A stretch of 64,000 nt of DNA. Source: an uncultured Candidatus Rokubacteria bacterium. Lineage in GTDB: Bacteria > Methylomirabilota > Methylomirabilia > Rokubacteriales > CSP1-6. Positions 1-12,462 of this stretch are shown one piece after another; position 1 is the first letter of the stretch, and every line of letters begins with the position of its first letter. Position numbers and translations under genes: made by a program. The stretch spans positions 576,001 to 640,000 of the forward strand of contig CAVVEU010000008.1 of the NCBI GenBank assembly GCA_963747235.1, written 5' to 3'. The notes beneath the pieces are model-generated. The model was not told the DNA's origin. It ran no database searches and saw only the letters and a list, made by a program, of their open reading frames with translations.

Positions 1-54
1 GCGGAGCAGCTGCACCGGGACCTGATGACGAAGGGCGGCCTCCTCAAGAAGTAA
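1..54 (+). CDS. 3' end of probable tripartite tricarboxylate transporter substrate-binding protein (partial)
   Basis: Frame AEQLHRDLMTKGGLLKK* ends just upstream of tctB/tctA; identity inferred from position only. Confidence 0.55.
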   Translation, partial: AEQLHRDLMTKGGLLKK

Positions 55-78
55 CCGACCCGGTCCCCGGACCTGGAC

Positions 79-540
79 ATGCGCACGGCCGACCTGACGA
101 CGGCGCTGATCCTGATCGCGGGGGGCGCCCTCGTCATCTGGGACTCCCTGCGCCTCGGCATCGGCTGGGGGACCGACGGGCCCGAGAGCGGGTTCTTCCC
201 GTTCTGGCTCGCGGTGCTGCTCATCGTCTCCTGCGCGGCCATCGCGCTGCAGGCCTGGCGCCGTACGAGCCGCGTCCCCTTCGTCACCCGTGAGCGGCTC
301 ACGCCCGTCCTCACCACGCTGCTGCCCGCGACCGGGTTCGTGGTGCTGACCCAGTTCATCGGACTCTACGTGGCCACCACCGCCTTCATGGCCTTCTACA
401 TGCGCTGGATCGGCCGCTATCCGTGGCTCGCGGTGGTGACGGTGAGCGTGCTGTTCCCGCTGGTGGTCTTCGTCGTCTTCGAGAAGTGGTTCCTCGTGCC
501 GATGCCCAAGGGTCCGCTCGAAGCCTGGCTCGGGTACTGA
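79..540 (+). CDS. tctB: Tripartite tricarboxylate transporter small membrane subunit TctB
   Basis: 4-TM protein with GPESGFFP and C-terminal FLVPMPKG motifs, precedes tctA. Confidence 0.85.
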   Translation: MRTADLTTALILIAGGALVIWDSLRLGIGWGTDGPESGFFPFWLAVLLIVSCAAIALQAWRRTSRVPFVTRERLTPVLTTLLPATGFVVLTQFIGLYVATTAFMAFYMRWIGRYPWLAVVTVSVLFPLVVFVVFEKWFLVPMPKGPLEAWLGY

Positions 541-542
541 GC

Positions 543-2068
543 GTGGGATTCGAGAACCTGCTCCTGGGCTTCCAGGTCGCGCTGCAGCCCTACAACCTCG
601 GGCTCGCCGTCCTCGGCATCACGCTCGGCACCGTCATCGGGGTGCTGCCCGGGCTCGGCGGGGCCAACGGCGTGGCCATCCTGCTCCCCCTCACGTTCTC
701 GATGGCGCCGACCTCCGCGATCATCCTGCTCACGAGCCTCTACTGGGGCGCCCTCTTCGGCGGGGCCATCACCTCGATCCTCTTCAATATCCCGGGGGAG
801 CCGTGGTCGGTGGCCACCACCTTCGACGGCTACCCGATGGCGCGGAACGGGCAGGGCGGGGAGGCGCTCACCGCCGCGTTCACGTCGTCGTTCGTGGGCG
901 CGCTCTTCTCGGTCATCCTGATCACCCTGTTCGCTCCCCTCCTGGCCGAGATCGCGCTGAAGTTCGGGCCCCCCGAGTTCTTCGCGATCCAGCTCCTGAC
1001 GTTCTCGTCGTTCATCGGCCTGGGCGGCGGCAACCCGATCAAGTCGCTGGTGTCCATCCTGCGTGGGCTTCATCCTGGCCTCGGCGGGCCTCGACATCGT
1101 GACCGGCCAGCTCCGCCTGACCTTCGGGATCACCGAGCTGATGAAGGGCTTCGACTTCATCGTGGCCGTCATCGGCCTCTTCGGCGTCGGCGAGATCCTG
1201 CTCTCGGTGGAGGAGGGGCTGTCCTTCCGCGGGGTGAAGGCCGCCATGAACCCGCAGGTGGTCTGGCAGACGTGGAAGACGCTGCCGCGCTACTACCGCA
1301 CGTTCGTCCGCAGCGCCTTCATCGGCTTCTGGATGGGCTTCAAGCCGGGCGGCGCCACTCCCGCGTCCTTCATGAGCTACGCCTTCGCCAAGCGCTTCTC
1401 CCGGCACCCCGAGCGCTTCGGCAAGGGCGAGATCGAGGGCGTGGTGGCGCCGGAGACGGCGGCCCACGCGGCGGGAGGCGCCTCGCTCTTGCCCATGATC
1501 ACCCTCGGCATCCCGGGCAGCCCCACCGCGGCGGTGATGCTGGGCGGGCTCATCATCTGGGGCCTCCAGCCCGGGCCCGATGCTGTTCCGCGAGCGGCCC
1601 GACTTCGTCTGGGGCCTCATCGCGAGCATGTACACCGGCAACGTCATCGGGGTGCTGATGGTGCTGGCCTTCGTGCCGCTCTTCGCGGCCATCCTCCGCA
1701 TCCCGTTCCCGATCCTGACCCCGTTGATCATCGCGGTGTGCGCGGTGGGCTCCTACGCCGTCCACGACAGCATGATCGACATCTGGTATATGCTGCTGTT
1801 CGGTGTGATCGGTTATGTATTCAAGAAGCTCGACTACCCTCTCGCCCCGCTGGTCCTGGCCCTCGTGCTCGGGGATCTCGCCGAGAACGCCCTGCGCCAG
1901 AGCCTGATCATGTCGCAGGGCTCGCTCCTGATCCTGTTCACGCGGCCCATCGCCGGCGCCATCAGCGCGGTGGCCGTCTTCTTCTTCGCGCTGCCGCTGA
2001 TCGTGCCCTACTGGCGCCGCCTTCGCCGGGCGCAGGCCGAGGCGCCCGAGCCGGCCGCGCGACACTAG
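543..2068 (+). CDS. tctA: Tripartite tricarboxylate transporter large permease TctA (two apparent frameshifts near 1062 and 1576)
   Basis: GVLPGLG, NIPGEP, GIPGSPT motifs spread across three ORF frames. Confidence 0.88.
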
Positions 2069-2089
2069 CACCCGACCGGAGACGTCCGA

Positions 2090-2786
2090 ATGAACCTGGA
2101 TTTCCTCCTCGGCATCGGCAAGATCGTGCTCATCGACCTGGCGCTCGCCGGGGACAATGCGCTGGTCATCGCCCTGGCCGTGCGCACCCTGTCCCCCCGC
2201 CAGCAGTTCCAGGGCCGGATCTGGGGCACCGTCGGCGCGGTGGGCCTGCGGCTCGGCTTCATCTTCATCGTGACCTACCTGCTCGCCGTCCCCCTGCTGC
2301 AGGTCGTGGGCGGGCTGCTGCTGGTGTGGATCGCCTTCAAGCTGGTGCTCCAGTCGGATGCGCACGAGGGTGAGACGGTGAAGCAGGGCACGACCCTCCT
2401 CGGCGCCATCTGGGTCATCCTCGTGGCCGACGTCATCATGAGTCTCGACAACGTGATCGGCGGTCGCCGCCGCCGCCGAGGGTGACATGCGCCTCGTGGT
2501 CTTCGGCATCGCGCTGTCCATCCCGATCGTGGTCTGGGGGTCCGGGGTGCTGGCCCGGCTGATGAACCGCTACCCGTGGATCATCCTGGTGGCGGGCGGC
2601 ATCCTGGGCGAGGTGGCGGGCAAGATGATGCTGCACGACCAGTTCATCATCAATCGGTTCGGCGACTCGCCCGACGCGGTGGAGTTCGCCCTGCGCATCG
2701 GTCTCGCGATCGCCATCATGCTGGTGGGCTGGCTCGTCACGCGCCGGCGGGCGGCGGTGGCGGACGACGGGGCGGCCGCCCGGTGA
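2090..2786 (+). CDS. TerC/YjbE-family membrane protein (frameshift near 2460)
   Basis: IDLALAGDNALVI and DVIMSLDNV motifs; continues in the 2487-2786 frame. Confidence 0.85.
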
Positions 2787-3586
2787 GCTCGGCCGGCGAG
2801 GGACCGAGTCTCGAGCCGGTCCGGTCCACCCGGATCTACGAGGAGATCGTTCGCCAGGTCAAGCAGCTCATCGGGGAGGGCCGGCTCAAGTCGGGTGATC
2901 GCCTCCCGCCCGAGCGCGACCTGGCCGAGAAGTTCATGGTCAGCCGCACCTCGGTGCGGGAAGCCCTCCGCGCGCTGCAGAGCCGCGGCCTCATCGAGAT
3001 CCGGGCCGGGGAGGGCGCCTTCATCCGGGACGTCTCGGTGGAGACGCTGATCGAGCCGCTGGCCCTGGTGATCCTGCCGCATCGCGAGGCGGTGGGCGAG
3101 CTCTTCGAGGCCCGCCGGCTGCTCGAGCCCGCGATCGCGGCCCTCGCGGCCCGGCGGGCCACGCGCGAGGAGATCCAGGAGATGGAGCGCATCCTGGAGG
3201 ACCAGGCCAAGGAGGTGGCGGCGGGCCGCACCGGGATGCTCCAGGACGGCGCGCTGCACACGGCCATCGCCAACAGCGCCCACAATCGCGCCATCACCCG
3301 CATCGTCAATGCCCTCATGGATCTGCTCACCCAGAGCCGCGAGGAGTCGCTGCACACGCCCGGACGGCCGACGCGGTCCCACGAGGACCACCGCCGCATC
3401 CTGGAAGCGGTGCGCCGGCGCGACGAGGTGGCCGCCCATCGCTCGATGCTGGACCACCTCATCGCGGTGGAGACGCTCGTGACCGGCGCCCACGCCGACG
3501 ATCGGAGCGCGACGCCCGCCGCGCGCAAGAGGAAGCCGCGCCCCTGCCCCGTCCGTAAGTGCCTGTCTTGCAACATTAATCGTTGA
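2783..3586 (+). CDS. GntR-family, FadR-subfamily transcriptional regulator
   Basis: GDRLPPERDLAEKFMVSRTSVREAL wHTH plus FCD domain; GTG overlaps the terC stop. Confidence 0.92.
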   Translation: MSSAGEGPSLEPVRSTRIYEEIVRQVKQLIGEGRLKSGDRLPPERDLAEKFMVSRTSVREALRALQSRGLIEIRAGEGAFIRDVSVETLIEPLALVILPHREAVGELFEARRLLEPAIAALAARRATREEIQEMERILEDQAKEVAAGRTGMLQDGALHTAIANSAHNRAITRIVNALMDLLTQSREESLHTPGRPTRSHEDHRRILEAVRRRDEVAAHRSMLDHLIAVETLVTGAHADDRSATPAARKRKPRPCPVRKCLSCNINR

Positions 3587-3611
3587 CATCCGGAGTCGAG
3601 CGCCCTACCAT
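3583..3611 (+). promoter_or_regulatory. Sigma70-type promoter upstream of ppdK
   Basis: TTGACA(3583-3588)-17 bp-TACCAT(3606-3611). Confidence 0.75.
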
Positions 3612-3620
3612 GGCTGATTA

Positions 3621-3656
3621 ACGCAGGCCCGCCGGTGGGCCTGTGTCTTTTTCTCT
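3621..3656 (+). terminator. Intrinsic terminator-like hairpin
   Basis: ACGCAGGCCCG-CCGG-TGGGCCTGTGT 11-bp stem followed by CTTTTTCTCT. Confidence 0.65.
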
Positions 3657-3684
3657 GCCACCGAATTGCTCAGGGGGTCCTGTG

Positions 3685-6435
3685 ATGGCGCAGGCCGGGA
3701 GTCGGAAACGCGCGCGACGCAGCGCCGCGCGTCCATCCAGCGCGACTCCCAAGTACGTCTACTCCTTCGCCGGCGGCAAGGCGGAAGGGTCGAGCGCGCT
3801 GCGCGACCTGCTCGGCGGCAAGGGCTGCGAGCTGGCCGAGATGACGAAGATGGGCGTGCCGGTGCCCCCCGGCTTCACGATCACGACCGAGGCGTGGGCC
3901 GCCTACGACGCGGCCGGCAAGAAGCACCCCACGGGGCTCTGGGCCCAGGTGATGGCGCACCTGGCCCGCCTCGAGGCCGCCGCGGGTAGCCGCCTCGGTG
4001 ATCCGGCGCGGCCGCTGCTGGTGTCGGTCCGGTCGGGGGCACGCGCCTCGATGCCCGGCATGATGGACACGGTTCTCAACCTGGGCCTCAACGACAGGTC
4101 GGTGGAGGGGCTCTCGGCGCGGACGCGCAACGAGCGCTTCGCGTGGGACTGCTACCGCCGCTTCATCACGCTCTTCGGCGACGTGGTGCTCGCCATCGAC
4201 CGCCACGCCTTCGACGCGCGGCTGGACGCCGCGAAGGCGCGCGCGGGGGCGACGACCGACGCGGATCTCCCGGCCGCCGCCCTGCGGGAGCTGGTCTCGG
4301 AGTTCAAGAAGGTCGTGCAGGACAGGACGGGCCGGCCCTTCCCGCAGGATCCCCACGAGCAGCTCCGGCTGGCGATCAACGCGGTCTTCGAGTCCTGGTG
4401 GGCCAAGAAGGCGGTGGACTACCGCCGCATCCACCGCCTGCCCGACGACTGGGGCACCGCGGTGACCGTGATGGCGATGGTCTTCGGCAATCTCGGGCCG
4501 ACCTCGGGCACCGGGGTGTGCTTCTCGCGCGATCCCTCGAGCGGCGAGCGCCGCTTCTTCGGCGAGTTCCTCGTCAACGCCCAGGGCGAGGACGTGGTGG
4601 CGGGCATCCGCACCCCGGAGCCGATCGACGCGCTCCAGCAGCGGATGCCGTCGGTGTACGCCAAGCTCACCGCGATCAAGGATCGGCTCGAGCGCCACTA
4701 CCGCGACATGCAGGACATCGAGTTCACGGTGCAGGAAGGCCGGCTCTATATACTACAAACCCGATCCGGCAAGCGCACCGGGGCCGCCGCGGTCCGCATC
4801 GCGGTGGAGATGGTCCGCGAGCGGCGCATCGACCGGAACACCGCCCTGCTGCGGGTGGAGCCGGCCTCGCTCCACCAGCTCCTCGTGAAGACGGTGGATC
4901 CCGCCGCGCGCTACACCGCGATCGCCAAGGGCCTGCCCGCGACCCCGGCGGCGGCGGTGGGCAAGGTCGTCTTCGATCCGGAGAAGGCGGTGGACATGGC
5001 CCTCCGGGAAGAGGCGGTCATCCTGGTGCGCGCCGAGACCTCGCCGGAAGACGTGGCGGGCATGCACTCGGCGCAGGGCGTCCTGACCTCGCGCGGCGGC
5101 CTCACCTCGCACGCGGCGGTGGTCGCCCGCGGCTGGGGCAAGTGCTGCGTGGTCGGCGCGGGGGACGTGGTGGTGGACGAGGAGAATCATCTCTTCCGGG
5201 CCGGCCGCGCGGTCGTGCGCGAGGGGCAGGTGATCACGCTGAACGGCGCCACCGGCGAGGTGATCGTGGGCGCCCAGCCGCTCGTGGACCCCAAGCTCTC
5301 CGACGAGTTCCGGGAGCTCCTCGGCTGGGCCCAGGCGCACGCCACCACCACGGTCCGCGCCAACGCGGACACGCCCGCGGACGCGGTCAAGGCCCGCGAG
5401 TTCGGCGCGGTGGGCATCGGCCTGGTGCGCACCGAGCACATGTTCTTCGGGGACGAGCGCATCCCGATCGTGCGCGAGATGATCATGGCGCGCGACGTCC
5501 AGGCCCGGAAGAAGGCGGTCGACCAGCTCCTGCCGTTCCAGCGGGAAGATTTCATCGGCATCTTCCGGGTGATGGCGCCCTACCCGGTGACGATCCGGCT
5601 GCTGGACCCGCCGCTGCACGAGTTCCTCCCGAAGTACAAGGAGGTGCTCGAGGAGTACACGCGGCTCGACGCGCGCGGCTTCAACCCGGAGCGCCACGCC
5701 GAGCTGGGCGCGATCAAGGCCCGCCTGGAGATGCTGCTCGAGGCGAACCCGATGCTGGGCCACCGCGGCTGCCGGCTCGGGATCACGTTCCCCGAGATCT
5801 ACGACATGCAGGTGCGGGCCATCATGGAAGCGGCGTGCGCGGTGGCGGCGGAAGGTGTGGCGGTCGAGCCCGAGATCATGATCCCGCTCACCGGCACGGT
5901 GGCGGAGATGAAGCTGACGCGGGAGATGACGGACCGCGTGGCGAAGCAGGTGCTCGCGGAGACGGGGCGGAAGGTCGCCTACTCGGTCGGCACCATGATC
6001 GAGGTGCCGCGCGCCGCGCTGATCGCGGACCGGATCGCGGAGTTCGCCGAGTTCTTCTCGTTCGGCACCAACGACCTGACCCAGATGACGTTCGGGTACA
6101 GCCGGGACGACATCGGCAAGTTCCTGCCCTACTACCTCGAGAAGAAGCTGCTGCCCAACGACCCGTTCGCGGTGCTCGACCAGGATGGGGTGGGGGAGCT
6201 GGTGCGGGTCGGCATCGAGCGGGGCCGCCGGGCCGTCCCCAAGCTGAAGGTGGGCATCTGCGGCGAGCACGGCGGCGAGCCCTCGTCGGTGGAGTTCTGC
6301 CACCGCGTCGGGATGACCTACGTCTCGTGCTCCCCGTACATGGTGCCGGTGGCGTGGCTCGCGGCCGCCCAGGCCGAGATCAAAGATCCACACCGGAAGC
6401 AGAAGCAAACAGCGAAAAGGAGAAACACGCGGTGA
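3685..6435 (+). CDS. ppdK: Pyruvate phosphate dikinase
   Basis: [33 protein letters not shown] phospho-His, GICGEHGG. Confidence 0.97.
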   Translation: MAQAGSRKRARRSAARPSSATPKYVYSFAGGKAEGSSALRDLLGGKGCELAEMTKMGVPVPPGFTITTEAWAAYDAAGKKHPTGLWAQVMAHLARLEAAAGSRLGDPARPLLVSVRSGARASMPGMMDTVLNLGLNDRSVEGLSARTRNERFAWDCYRRFITLFGDVVLAIDRHAFDARLDAAKARAGATTDADLPAAALRELVSEFKKVVQDRTGRPFPQDPHEQLRLAINAVFESWWAKKAVDYRRIHRLPDDWGTAVTVMAMVFGNLGPTSGTGVCFSRDPSSGERRFFGEFLVNAQGEDVVAGIRTPEPIDALQQRMPSVYAKLTAIKDRLERHYRDMQDIEFTVQEGRLYILQTRSGKRTGAAAVRIAVEMVRERRIDRNTALLRVEPASLHQLLVKTVDPAARYTAIAKGLPATPAAAVGKVVFDPEKAVDMALREEAVILVRAETSPEDVAGMHSAQGVLTSRGGLTSHAAVVARGWGKCCVVGAGDVVVDEENHLFRAGRAVVREGQVITLNGATGEVIVGAQPLVDPKLSDEFRELLGWAQAHATTTVRANADTPADAVKAREFGAVGIGLVRTEHMFFGDERIPIVREMIMARDVQARKKAVDQLLPFQREDFIGIFRVMAPYPVTIRLLDPPLHEFLPKYKEVLEEYTRLDARGFNPERHAELGAIKARLEMLLEANPMLGHRGCRLGITFPEIYDMQVRAIMEAACAVAAEGVAVEPEIMIPLTGTVAEMKLTREMTDRVAKQVLAETGRKVAYSVGTMIEVPRAALIADRIAEFAEFFSFGTNDLTQMTFGYSRDDIGKFLPYYLEKKLLPNDPFAVLDQDGVGELVRVGIERGRRAVPKLKVGICGEHGGEPSSVEFCHRVGMTYVSCSPYMVPVAWLAAAQAEIKDPHRKQKQTAKRRNTR

Positions 6436-8186
6436 AGCTTTCAGGCGCCCGGATCGTGCTCGAGTGCATCAAGCGGGAAGGCGTGGATCTCATCTTCGGT
6501 CTGCCGGGCGGCGCGGTCCTGCCGATCTACGACGCCCTGTACGACTTCGAGGGCCTGCGCCACGTCCTGGTACGCCAGGAGGCCGCCGCCGGGCACGCGG
6601 CGGAAGGGTACGCGCGGACGTCCGGCAAGGTCGGCGTCTGCCTCGTCACCTCCGGGCCGGCCGCGACCAACCTGGTCACCGCGCTCCAGGACGCGCTGAT
6701 GGACTCGATCCCGATCGTGGCCTTCACCGGGCAGGTGCCCACCACCTCGATCGGCAACGACGCGTTCCAGGAGGCCGACAACGTCGGCATCACCCGCTCG
6801 GCCACCAAGCACAACTTCCTGGTGAAGGACGGCAAGGATCTGGCTCCGATCATCAAGGAGGCGTTTCACATCGCCTCCACCGGACGCCCGGGGCCGGTCC
6901 ACGTGGACCTGCCCAAGGACATCCTGGTCAAGGAGTGGACCTTCGAGTACCCCGAGCGCGTGCACCTGCGCTCGTACAACCCGACGTACGAGGGCCATCC
7001 CGGGCAGATCAAGAAGGCGGCCCGCTCGATGGTGCGGGCCAAGCGGCCGGTGCTCTACGTGGGCGGCGGCGCGATCTCCTCGGACGCCTCGCCCGAGCTG
7101 CGCGAGCTGGCGGACCTGACCCAGATCCCGCTCACCCAGACCCTCATGGGCCTGGGCGCGTTCCCGATGGCCGATCCGCTGTCGCTCGACATGCTCGGCA
7201 TGCACGGCACCTACTACGCCAACATGGCGGTGCACCACTCGGACTGCCTGGTGGCGGTGGGCGCGCGCTTCGACGACCGGGTGACCGGGCGCGTGGACGC
7301 GTTCTCGCCGAACGCGGAGATCATCCACATCGACATCGATCCGTCGTCGATCTCGAAGAACATCAAGGTGGACATCCCGATCGTGGGCGACTGCAAGCGC
7401 GTGCTGCGCCGCCTGGTGGAGGCGGTGCGCGAGGAGCTGAAGGACGGGGTCCCCGCCGCGGTGACCGAAGGCCGCCGGCAGTGGGCCGCGCAGATCGCGG
7501 ACTGGAAGCGGGACTTCCCGCTGCGCTACGACTGGGACGACGACGTGATCAAGCCCCAGTACGTCATCCAGGAGCTGTCGAACCTGACCCAGGGCGAGGC
7601 CTACGTGGTCACCGGGGTGGGCCAGCACCAGATGTGGGCCGCCCAGTACTACCGCTTCAAGCACCCGCGGCGCTGGTGCACCTCGGGCGGCCTCGGCACC
7701 ATGGGCTACGGGCTGCCCACCGCGATGGGGGTGCAGGCCGCGCACCCGGGCAAGCTCGTGGTCAACATCGACGGGGACGGCTCCTTCGCGATGAACAGCC
7801 AGGAGCTCGCCACCTGCTTCACCGAGAACCTTCCGGTCAAGACCGTCATCATCAACAACAGCGGCCACGGCATGGTCCGGCAGTGGCAGCGCATCATCTA
7901 CAAGGAGCGCTTCTTCGCCATCGACCTGCCGGGCATCCCGGACTGGGTCAAGCTCGCGGAGGCGTACGGCTGCGTGGGCCTGCGCGTCACCAAGCCGAGC
8001 GAGGTGGTGCCCGCGCTCGAGAAGATGCTGAGCACGCCCGCGCCGGTGGTCCTGGACGTCTGCGTGGACAAGGACGAGTGCGTGTTCCCGATGGTGCCGG
8101 CGGGCGGGGCCAACAAGGACATGATCCTGTCGCTGCCGACCCGCGAGGCGGCGGAAAAAGCCGCCAAGTCCCAGACCGGATTCTAG
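6432..8186 (+). CDS. ilvB: Acetolactate synthase large subunit
   Basis: [20 protein letters not shown]...N ThDP motif. Confidence 0.96.
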   Translation: MKLSGARIVLECIKREGVDLIFGLPGGAVLPIYDALYDFEGLRHVLVRQEAAAGHAAEGYARTSGKVGVCLVTSGPAATNLVTALQDALMDSIPIVAFTGQVPTTSIGNDAFQEADNVGITRSATKHNFLVKDGKDLAPIIKEAFHIASTGRPGPVHVDLPKDILVKEWTFEYPERVHLRSYNPTYEGHPGQIKKAARSMVRAKRPVLYVGGGAISSDASPELRELADLTQIPLTQTLMGLGAFPMADPLSLDMLGMHGTYYANMAVHHSDCLVAVGARFDDRVTGRVDAFSPNAEIIHIDIDPSSISKNIKVDIPIVGDCKRVLRRLVEAVREELKDGVPAAVTEGRRQWAAQIADWKRDFPLRYDWDDDVIKPQYVIQELSNLTQGEAYVVTGVGQHQMWAAQYYRFKHPRRWCTSGGLGTMGYGLPTAMGVQAAHPGKLVVNIDGDGSFAMNSQELATCFTENLPVKTVIINNSGHGMVRQWQRIIYKERFFAIDLPGIPDWVKLAEAYGCVGLRVTKPSEVVPALEKMLSTPAPVVLDVCVDKDECVFPMVPAGGANKDMILSLPTREAAEKAAKSQTGF

Positions 8187-8195
8187 GAGCACGAC

Positions 8196-8780
8196 GTGGC
8201 CGACACGAACAAGCATACGATCGCGGTGCTGGTGGAGAACAAGTTCGGGGTGCTGTCTCGCGTCGCGGGGCTGTTCTCCGCGCGGGGGTACAACATCGAG
8301 AGCCTGTCGGTCGGGGAGACCCTCGATCCGTCGGTCTCGCGCATGACGCTGGTGGTGCGCGGGGAGCCGTTCATCATCGAGCAGGTCATCAAGCAGCTGC
8401 ACAAGCTGATCGACGTCATCAAGGTCACCGACCTCAGCGAGGAGAACCACGTGGAGCGCGAGATGCTCCTGCTGAAGGTCAACGCGGAGCCGGCGAATCG
8501 CGCCGAGATCCTCCGCCTGGGCGACATCTTCCGGGCCAAGGTGGTGGACGTGACGCCCACCGCCTACACGCTGGAGATCACCGGCGAGGAGTCCAAGATC
8601 GAGGGCATCATCGATCTCCTGCGGCCCTTCGGCATCCAGGAGATCGTCCGCACCGGCAAGGTGGCCATCGCGCGAGGCCCCAAGACCCGGCTGCGCAAGG
8701 TGGAGGAGCGGCTCGGCAAGTCCCGCGAGACCCCCCGTCCGCCGACCGACGATCCGAAGGTGGTCGGGTTCGCGGACTGA
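8196..8780 (+). CDS. ilvN: Acetolactate synthase small subunit
   Basis: [28 protein letters not shown] domain. Confidence 0.95.
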   Translation: MADTNKHTIAVLVENKFGVLSRVAGLFSARGYNIESLSVGETLDPSVSRMTLVVRGEPFIIEQVIKQLHKLIDVIKVTDLSEENHVEREMLLLKVNAEPANRAEILRLGDIFRAKVVDVTPTAYTLEITGEESKIEGIIDLLRPFGIQEIVRTGKVAIARGPKTRLRKVEERLGKSRETPRPPTDDPKVVGFAD

Positions 8781-8819
8781 TTTCCAACGAAGGAAACCGA
8801 AAGAAAGGCACGAGGAACC

Positions 8820-9824
8820 ATGCCGGCCAAGATCTTCTACGACCAGGACGCTGACCTGGGCCTGCTGCGCGGCAAGACCGTCGCCATCATCGGCTACGGC
8901 AGCCAGGGGCACGCCCACGCCTTGAACCTGAAGGACTCCGGCCAGACCGTGGTGGTCGGCCTCTACAAGGGCTCGAAGAGCTGGGCCCGGGCCGAGAAGG
9001 ACGGGCTCAAGGTCACCACGGTGAACGACGCGGCCGCCGCGGGCGACATCGTCATGATCCTGCTGCCCGACCAGACCCAGCGGCAGGTCTTCGAGGAGTC
9101 CATCAAGGGCGTGATGACCCGAGGCAAGATGCTGATGTTCGCCCACGGCTTCAACATCCACTTCAACCAGGTGGTGCCGCCCGCCGACGTGGACGTCTCG
9201 ATGATCGCCCCCAAGGCGCCCGGGCACGTGATGCGCGACCTCTTCACCCAGGGCCCGGGCGTGCCGGCGCTGGTCGCGGTCTACCAGGACGTCTCGGGCA
9301 AGGCCCGCGACCTGGCCCTGGCCTACGGTCGGGGCGTCGGCTGCACCCGCGCCGGCGTGATCGAGACCACGTTCAAGGAAGAGACCGAGACCGACCTCTT
9401 CGGCGAGCAGACCACCCTCTGCGGCGGCGTGTCGCACCTGATCAAGGCCGCCTACGAGACGCTCGTCGAGGCGGGCTACCAGCCCGAGGTCGCCTACTTC
9501 GAGTGCATGCACGAGATGAAGCTGATCGTGGATCTCTTCTACCAGGGCGGCCTCGCCTACATGCGGTACTCGGTGTCCGACACCGCGGAGTACGGCGACT
9601 ACACGCGCGGGCCGCGGATCATCGACGACCGGACCAAGCTGGAGATGAAGAAGATCCTCTCCGAGATCCAGTCCGGCCAGTTCGCGCGCGAGTGGGTGCT
9701 GGAGAACCAGGCCCACCGCGCGGGATTCCTCGCCATGCGGAAGCGGGACGCCGAACATCCGATCGAGGAAGTGGGCGGCCGGCTGCGCAAGATGATGGCG
9801 TGGATCAAGCCGCCGCGGGAGTGA
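8820..9824 (+). CDS. ilvC: Ketol-acid reductoisomerase
   Basis: [32 protein letters not shown]. Confidence 0.97.
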   Translation: MPAKIFYDQDADLGLLRGKTVAIIGYGSQGHAHALNLKDSGQTVVVGLYKGSKSWARAEKDGLKVTTVNDAAAAGDIVMILLPDQTQRQVFEESIKGVMTRGKMLMFAHGFNIHFNQVVPPADVDVSMIAPKAPGHVMRDLFTQGPGVPALVAVYQDVSGKARDLALAYGRGVGCTRAGVIETTFKEETETDLFGEQTTLCGGVSHLIKAAYETLVEAGYQPEVAYFECMHEMKLIVDLFYQGGLAYMRYSVSDTAEYGDYTRGPRIIDDRTKLEMKKILSEIQSGQFAREWVLENQAHRAGFLAMRKRDAEHPIEEVGGRLRKMMAWIKPPRE

Positions 9825-9852
9825 CCGAGCCCGCGGCACCGCGGGGAATCGC

Positions 9853-10479
9853 GTGCGCGTTCCGGTAGCCGCGGAAGGCTGGCCGTTCATCCTGCCCCCC
9901 GCGGCCGCCGCATGCATCATGGCCGCGATGGGCTGGGCGATCGCGGCGGCGGTGTTCGCCGTGGTGGCGCTGGCCTTCCTCGGCTTCTTCCGGGATCCGG
10001 ACCGGACGGCGCCCGAGCTGCCCGGGGCGGTGCTGGCGCCCGCCGACGGGCGCGTGATGGTGATCACCGAGGCGGTGGACCCGTGGGTCGGCCCGGCGGT
10101 GCGGGTGTCCATCTTCCTGTCGCCGCTGGACGTGCACGTCAACCGCGCGCCGATCGGCGGACTGGTGAAGAACGTGGAGTACGTGGCGGGCAGCTTCCTC
10201 GCGGCCTACCGGCCGGAGGCGTCGGAGCAGAACGAGCGATGCGCGATGAGCCTCGACGGTGACCGGGCCCGCGTGACGGTGACGCAGATCTCGGGCGTCC
10301 TGGCGCGCCGCATCGTCTGCCGGGTGCGGCCGGGCGAGACGCTGCGGGCCGGCGAGCGGTACGGGCTGATCCGCTTCGGATCGCGGACGGATCTGGTGCT
10401 GCCGCGGGGCACGGAGCTGCGGGTGCGGGTGGGGGATCGAGTGCGGGGCGGGGAATCGGTGATGGGGGTGCTGCGATGA
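9853..10479 (+). CDS. psd: Phosphatidylserine decarboxylase proenzyme
   Basis: [25 protein letters not shown] cleavage motif. Confidence 0.93.
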   Translation: MRVPVAAEGWPFILPPAAAACIMAAMGWAIAAAVFAVVALAFLGFFRDPDRTAPELPGAVLAPADGRVMVITEAVDPWVGPAVRVSIFLSPLDVHVNRAPIGGLVKNVEYVAGSFLAAYRPEASEQNERCAMSLDGDRARVTVTQISGVLARRIVCRVRPGETLRAGERYGLIRFGSRTDLVLPRGTELRVRVGDRVRGGESVMGVLR

Positions 10480-11334
10480 GACGGAGACACGCGAGCGACG
10501 CGGGCCGCGGGCCGCGCCGGAGGAAGTGGCAGGAGCTGCGCCAGCAGCCGCGGCGCGGGATCTTCCTGCTCCCGAGCCTGCTGACCACCGGCAACCTGTT
10601 CTGCGGGTTCCTGGCCCTGGTCCTGGCCTCGCAGCAGCGCTACACGGACGCGGCGATCTCCATCTTCGTCGGCATGCTCCTGGACATGCTGGACGGCAAG
10701 GTGGCGCGGATGACCAAGACCACGAGCCAGTTCGGGGTCGAGCTCGACTCGCTCGCCGACGTGGTGTCCTTCGGGGTCGCGCCCGCCTTCGTCCTCTACT
10801 CGATGGCGCTGGCCCCGCTGGGCCGCGCGGCCTGGCTCGGGCGCGTTTCTCTTCGTGATCTGCGGCGCCCTCCGCCTCGCGCGCTTCAACGTCTACGCGG
10901 GGGTGACCGACAAGCGCTACTTCGTCGGGCTGCCGATTCCCGCCGCCGCCGGCGTGGTGGCCTCGACGGTCCTGCTGCTGGGCACCGACGACATCCCGCG
11001 CTGGCTGGGGGCCGCGATCGCGGCCGGGACCTACCTGGTGGCGATCCTGATGGTGACCACGTTCCGGTACTACAGCTTCAAGGAGATCGATTTCGCCCGT
11101 CGCCGGCCCGCCGGGGTGCTGGTGCTGGTCGTCCTCGGCGTGCTGATCGTCGCCACGCATCCCCAGTGGTTCCTGTTCCTGCTCTTCTTCGCCTACGCCC
11201 TGAGCGGCCCGACGCGCCCGCTCTGGGCGCGGCGTCGCGACGCGGTCCCCGCGGCGGCTCCCGCCGGCTCACCGCCCGCGCTGCCCGCGGAGCGGGAGCC
11301 GAGGGATACGACCGAGCGGGACCGGAGGATCTGA
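10476..11334 (+). CDS. pssA: CDP-diacylglycerol-serine O-phosphatidyltransferase (frameshift near 10840)
   Basis: DMLDGKVAR...GVELDSLAD, then ALRLARFN in the next frame. Confidence 0.9.
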
Positions 11335-11336
11335 CC

Positions 11337-12431
11337 ATGGCGACGTACAAGATCGCGGTGCTGCCCGGGGATGGGATCGGGCAAGAGGTGACGCCGCAGG
11401 CGCAGCGGATCCTCCAGCTCGTCGGCCGGGCCGCCGGCATCGGGTTCGAGTTCGAGACCGGGCTGGTGGGCGGCTCCGCCATCGACGCGGCGGGGACCCC
11501 GCTGCCGCCCGCGACCCTGGCGCTCTGCCAGCAGGCCCACGCCATCCTCTTCGGGGCGGTGGGCGGTCCCAAGTGGGACACCCTGCCGCAGGAGCAGCGT
11601 CCCGAGCGCGGGCTGCTCGGCATCCGCAAGGAGCTCGATCTCTTCGCCAACCTGCGCCCGGCCACCTGCTTCCCCATGCTGGTGGACGCCTCGCCGCTCA
11701 AGCGGTCGGTGGTCGAGGGCACCGACATCATGGTGATCCGCGAGCTGACCGGCGGGCTCTACTTCGGCGAGCCGCGCGGGCGCGAGGAGTTCGCGGACGG
11801 GAGCGCGCGCGCCGTCAACACCATGGCCTATACCTCGCGCGAGATCGAGCGGGTGGCCCGCGCCGCGTTCGACGTGGCGATGAAGCGCAAGAAGCGGCTG
11901 GCCTCGGTGGACAAGGCCAACGTGCTGGTGGTCTCGCAGCTCTGGCGGGAAGTGGTGACGCGGGTGGGGAAGGACTATCCCCAGGTGCAGCTCGAGCACG
12001 TGCTGGTGGACAACTGCGCGATGGCGCTGGTCCACAAGCCCACCCACTTCGACACGATCGTGACCGAGAACACCTTCGGCGACATCCTCTCGGACGAGGC
12101 GGCCATCCTCGCCGGGTCCATGGGCATGCTGCCGTCGGCCAGCCTCGGCGGCAAGGGCGGTCGCATGGGGCTCTTCGAGCCCGTCCACGGCACCGCGCCG
12201 GACATCGCGGGCCAGGGCGTGGCCAACCCGATCGCGGCGATCCTGTCCGCCTCCATGCTGCTGCGCTACTCGCTCGAGCGGGGCGCCGACGCGGATCGGG
12301 TGGACGCGGCGGTCCTGCGTGTGCTGGAGCGGGGCCATCGGACCCGGGACATCCACTCGGCCGGCACCAAGCTGGTGGGCACGGCGGAGATGGGCGACTT
12401 GATCGCGGCCGAAGTCGAGAAGTCGTACTGA
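11337..12431 (+). CDS. leuB: 3-isopropylmalate dehydrogenase
   Basis: [37 protein letters not shown]. Confidence 0.96.
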   Translation: MATYKIAVLPGDGIGQEVTPQAQRILQLVGRAAGIGFEFETGLVGGSAIDAAGTPLPPATLALCQQAHAILFGAVGGPKWDTLPQEQRPERGLLGIRKELDLFANLRPATCFPMLVDASPLKRSVVEGTDIMVIRELTGGLYFGEPRGREEFADGSARAVNTMAYTSREIERVARAAFDVAMKRKKRLASVDKANVLVVSQLWREVVTRVGKDYPQVQLEHVLVDNCAMALVHKPTHFDTIVTENTFGDILSDEAAILAGSMGMLPSASLGGKGGRMGLFEPVHGTAPDIAGQGVANPIAAILSASMLLRYSLERGADADRVDAAVLRVLERGHRTRDIHSAGTKLVGTAEMGDLIAAEVEKSY

Positions 12432-12462
12432 AATAACCAAGATAGACAGGAGACGCTGAGCA

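Noticed and set aside
4143-8186. 1347-aa ORF and other long overlapping or antisense ORFs (e.g. 6441-10142, 39578-43048)
   Set aside because: Shadow frames caused by high GC; only the parts matching known proteins are credible
10476-12431. Apparent PssA-LeuB fusion
   Set aside because: Produced by the frameshift near 10840; leuB has its own GGAGG site and ATG at 11337
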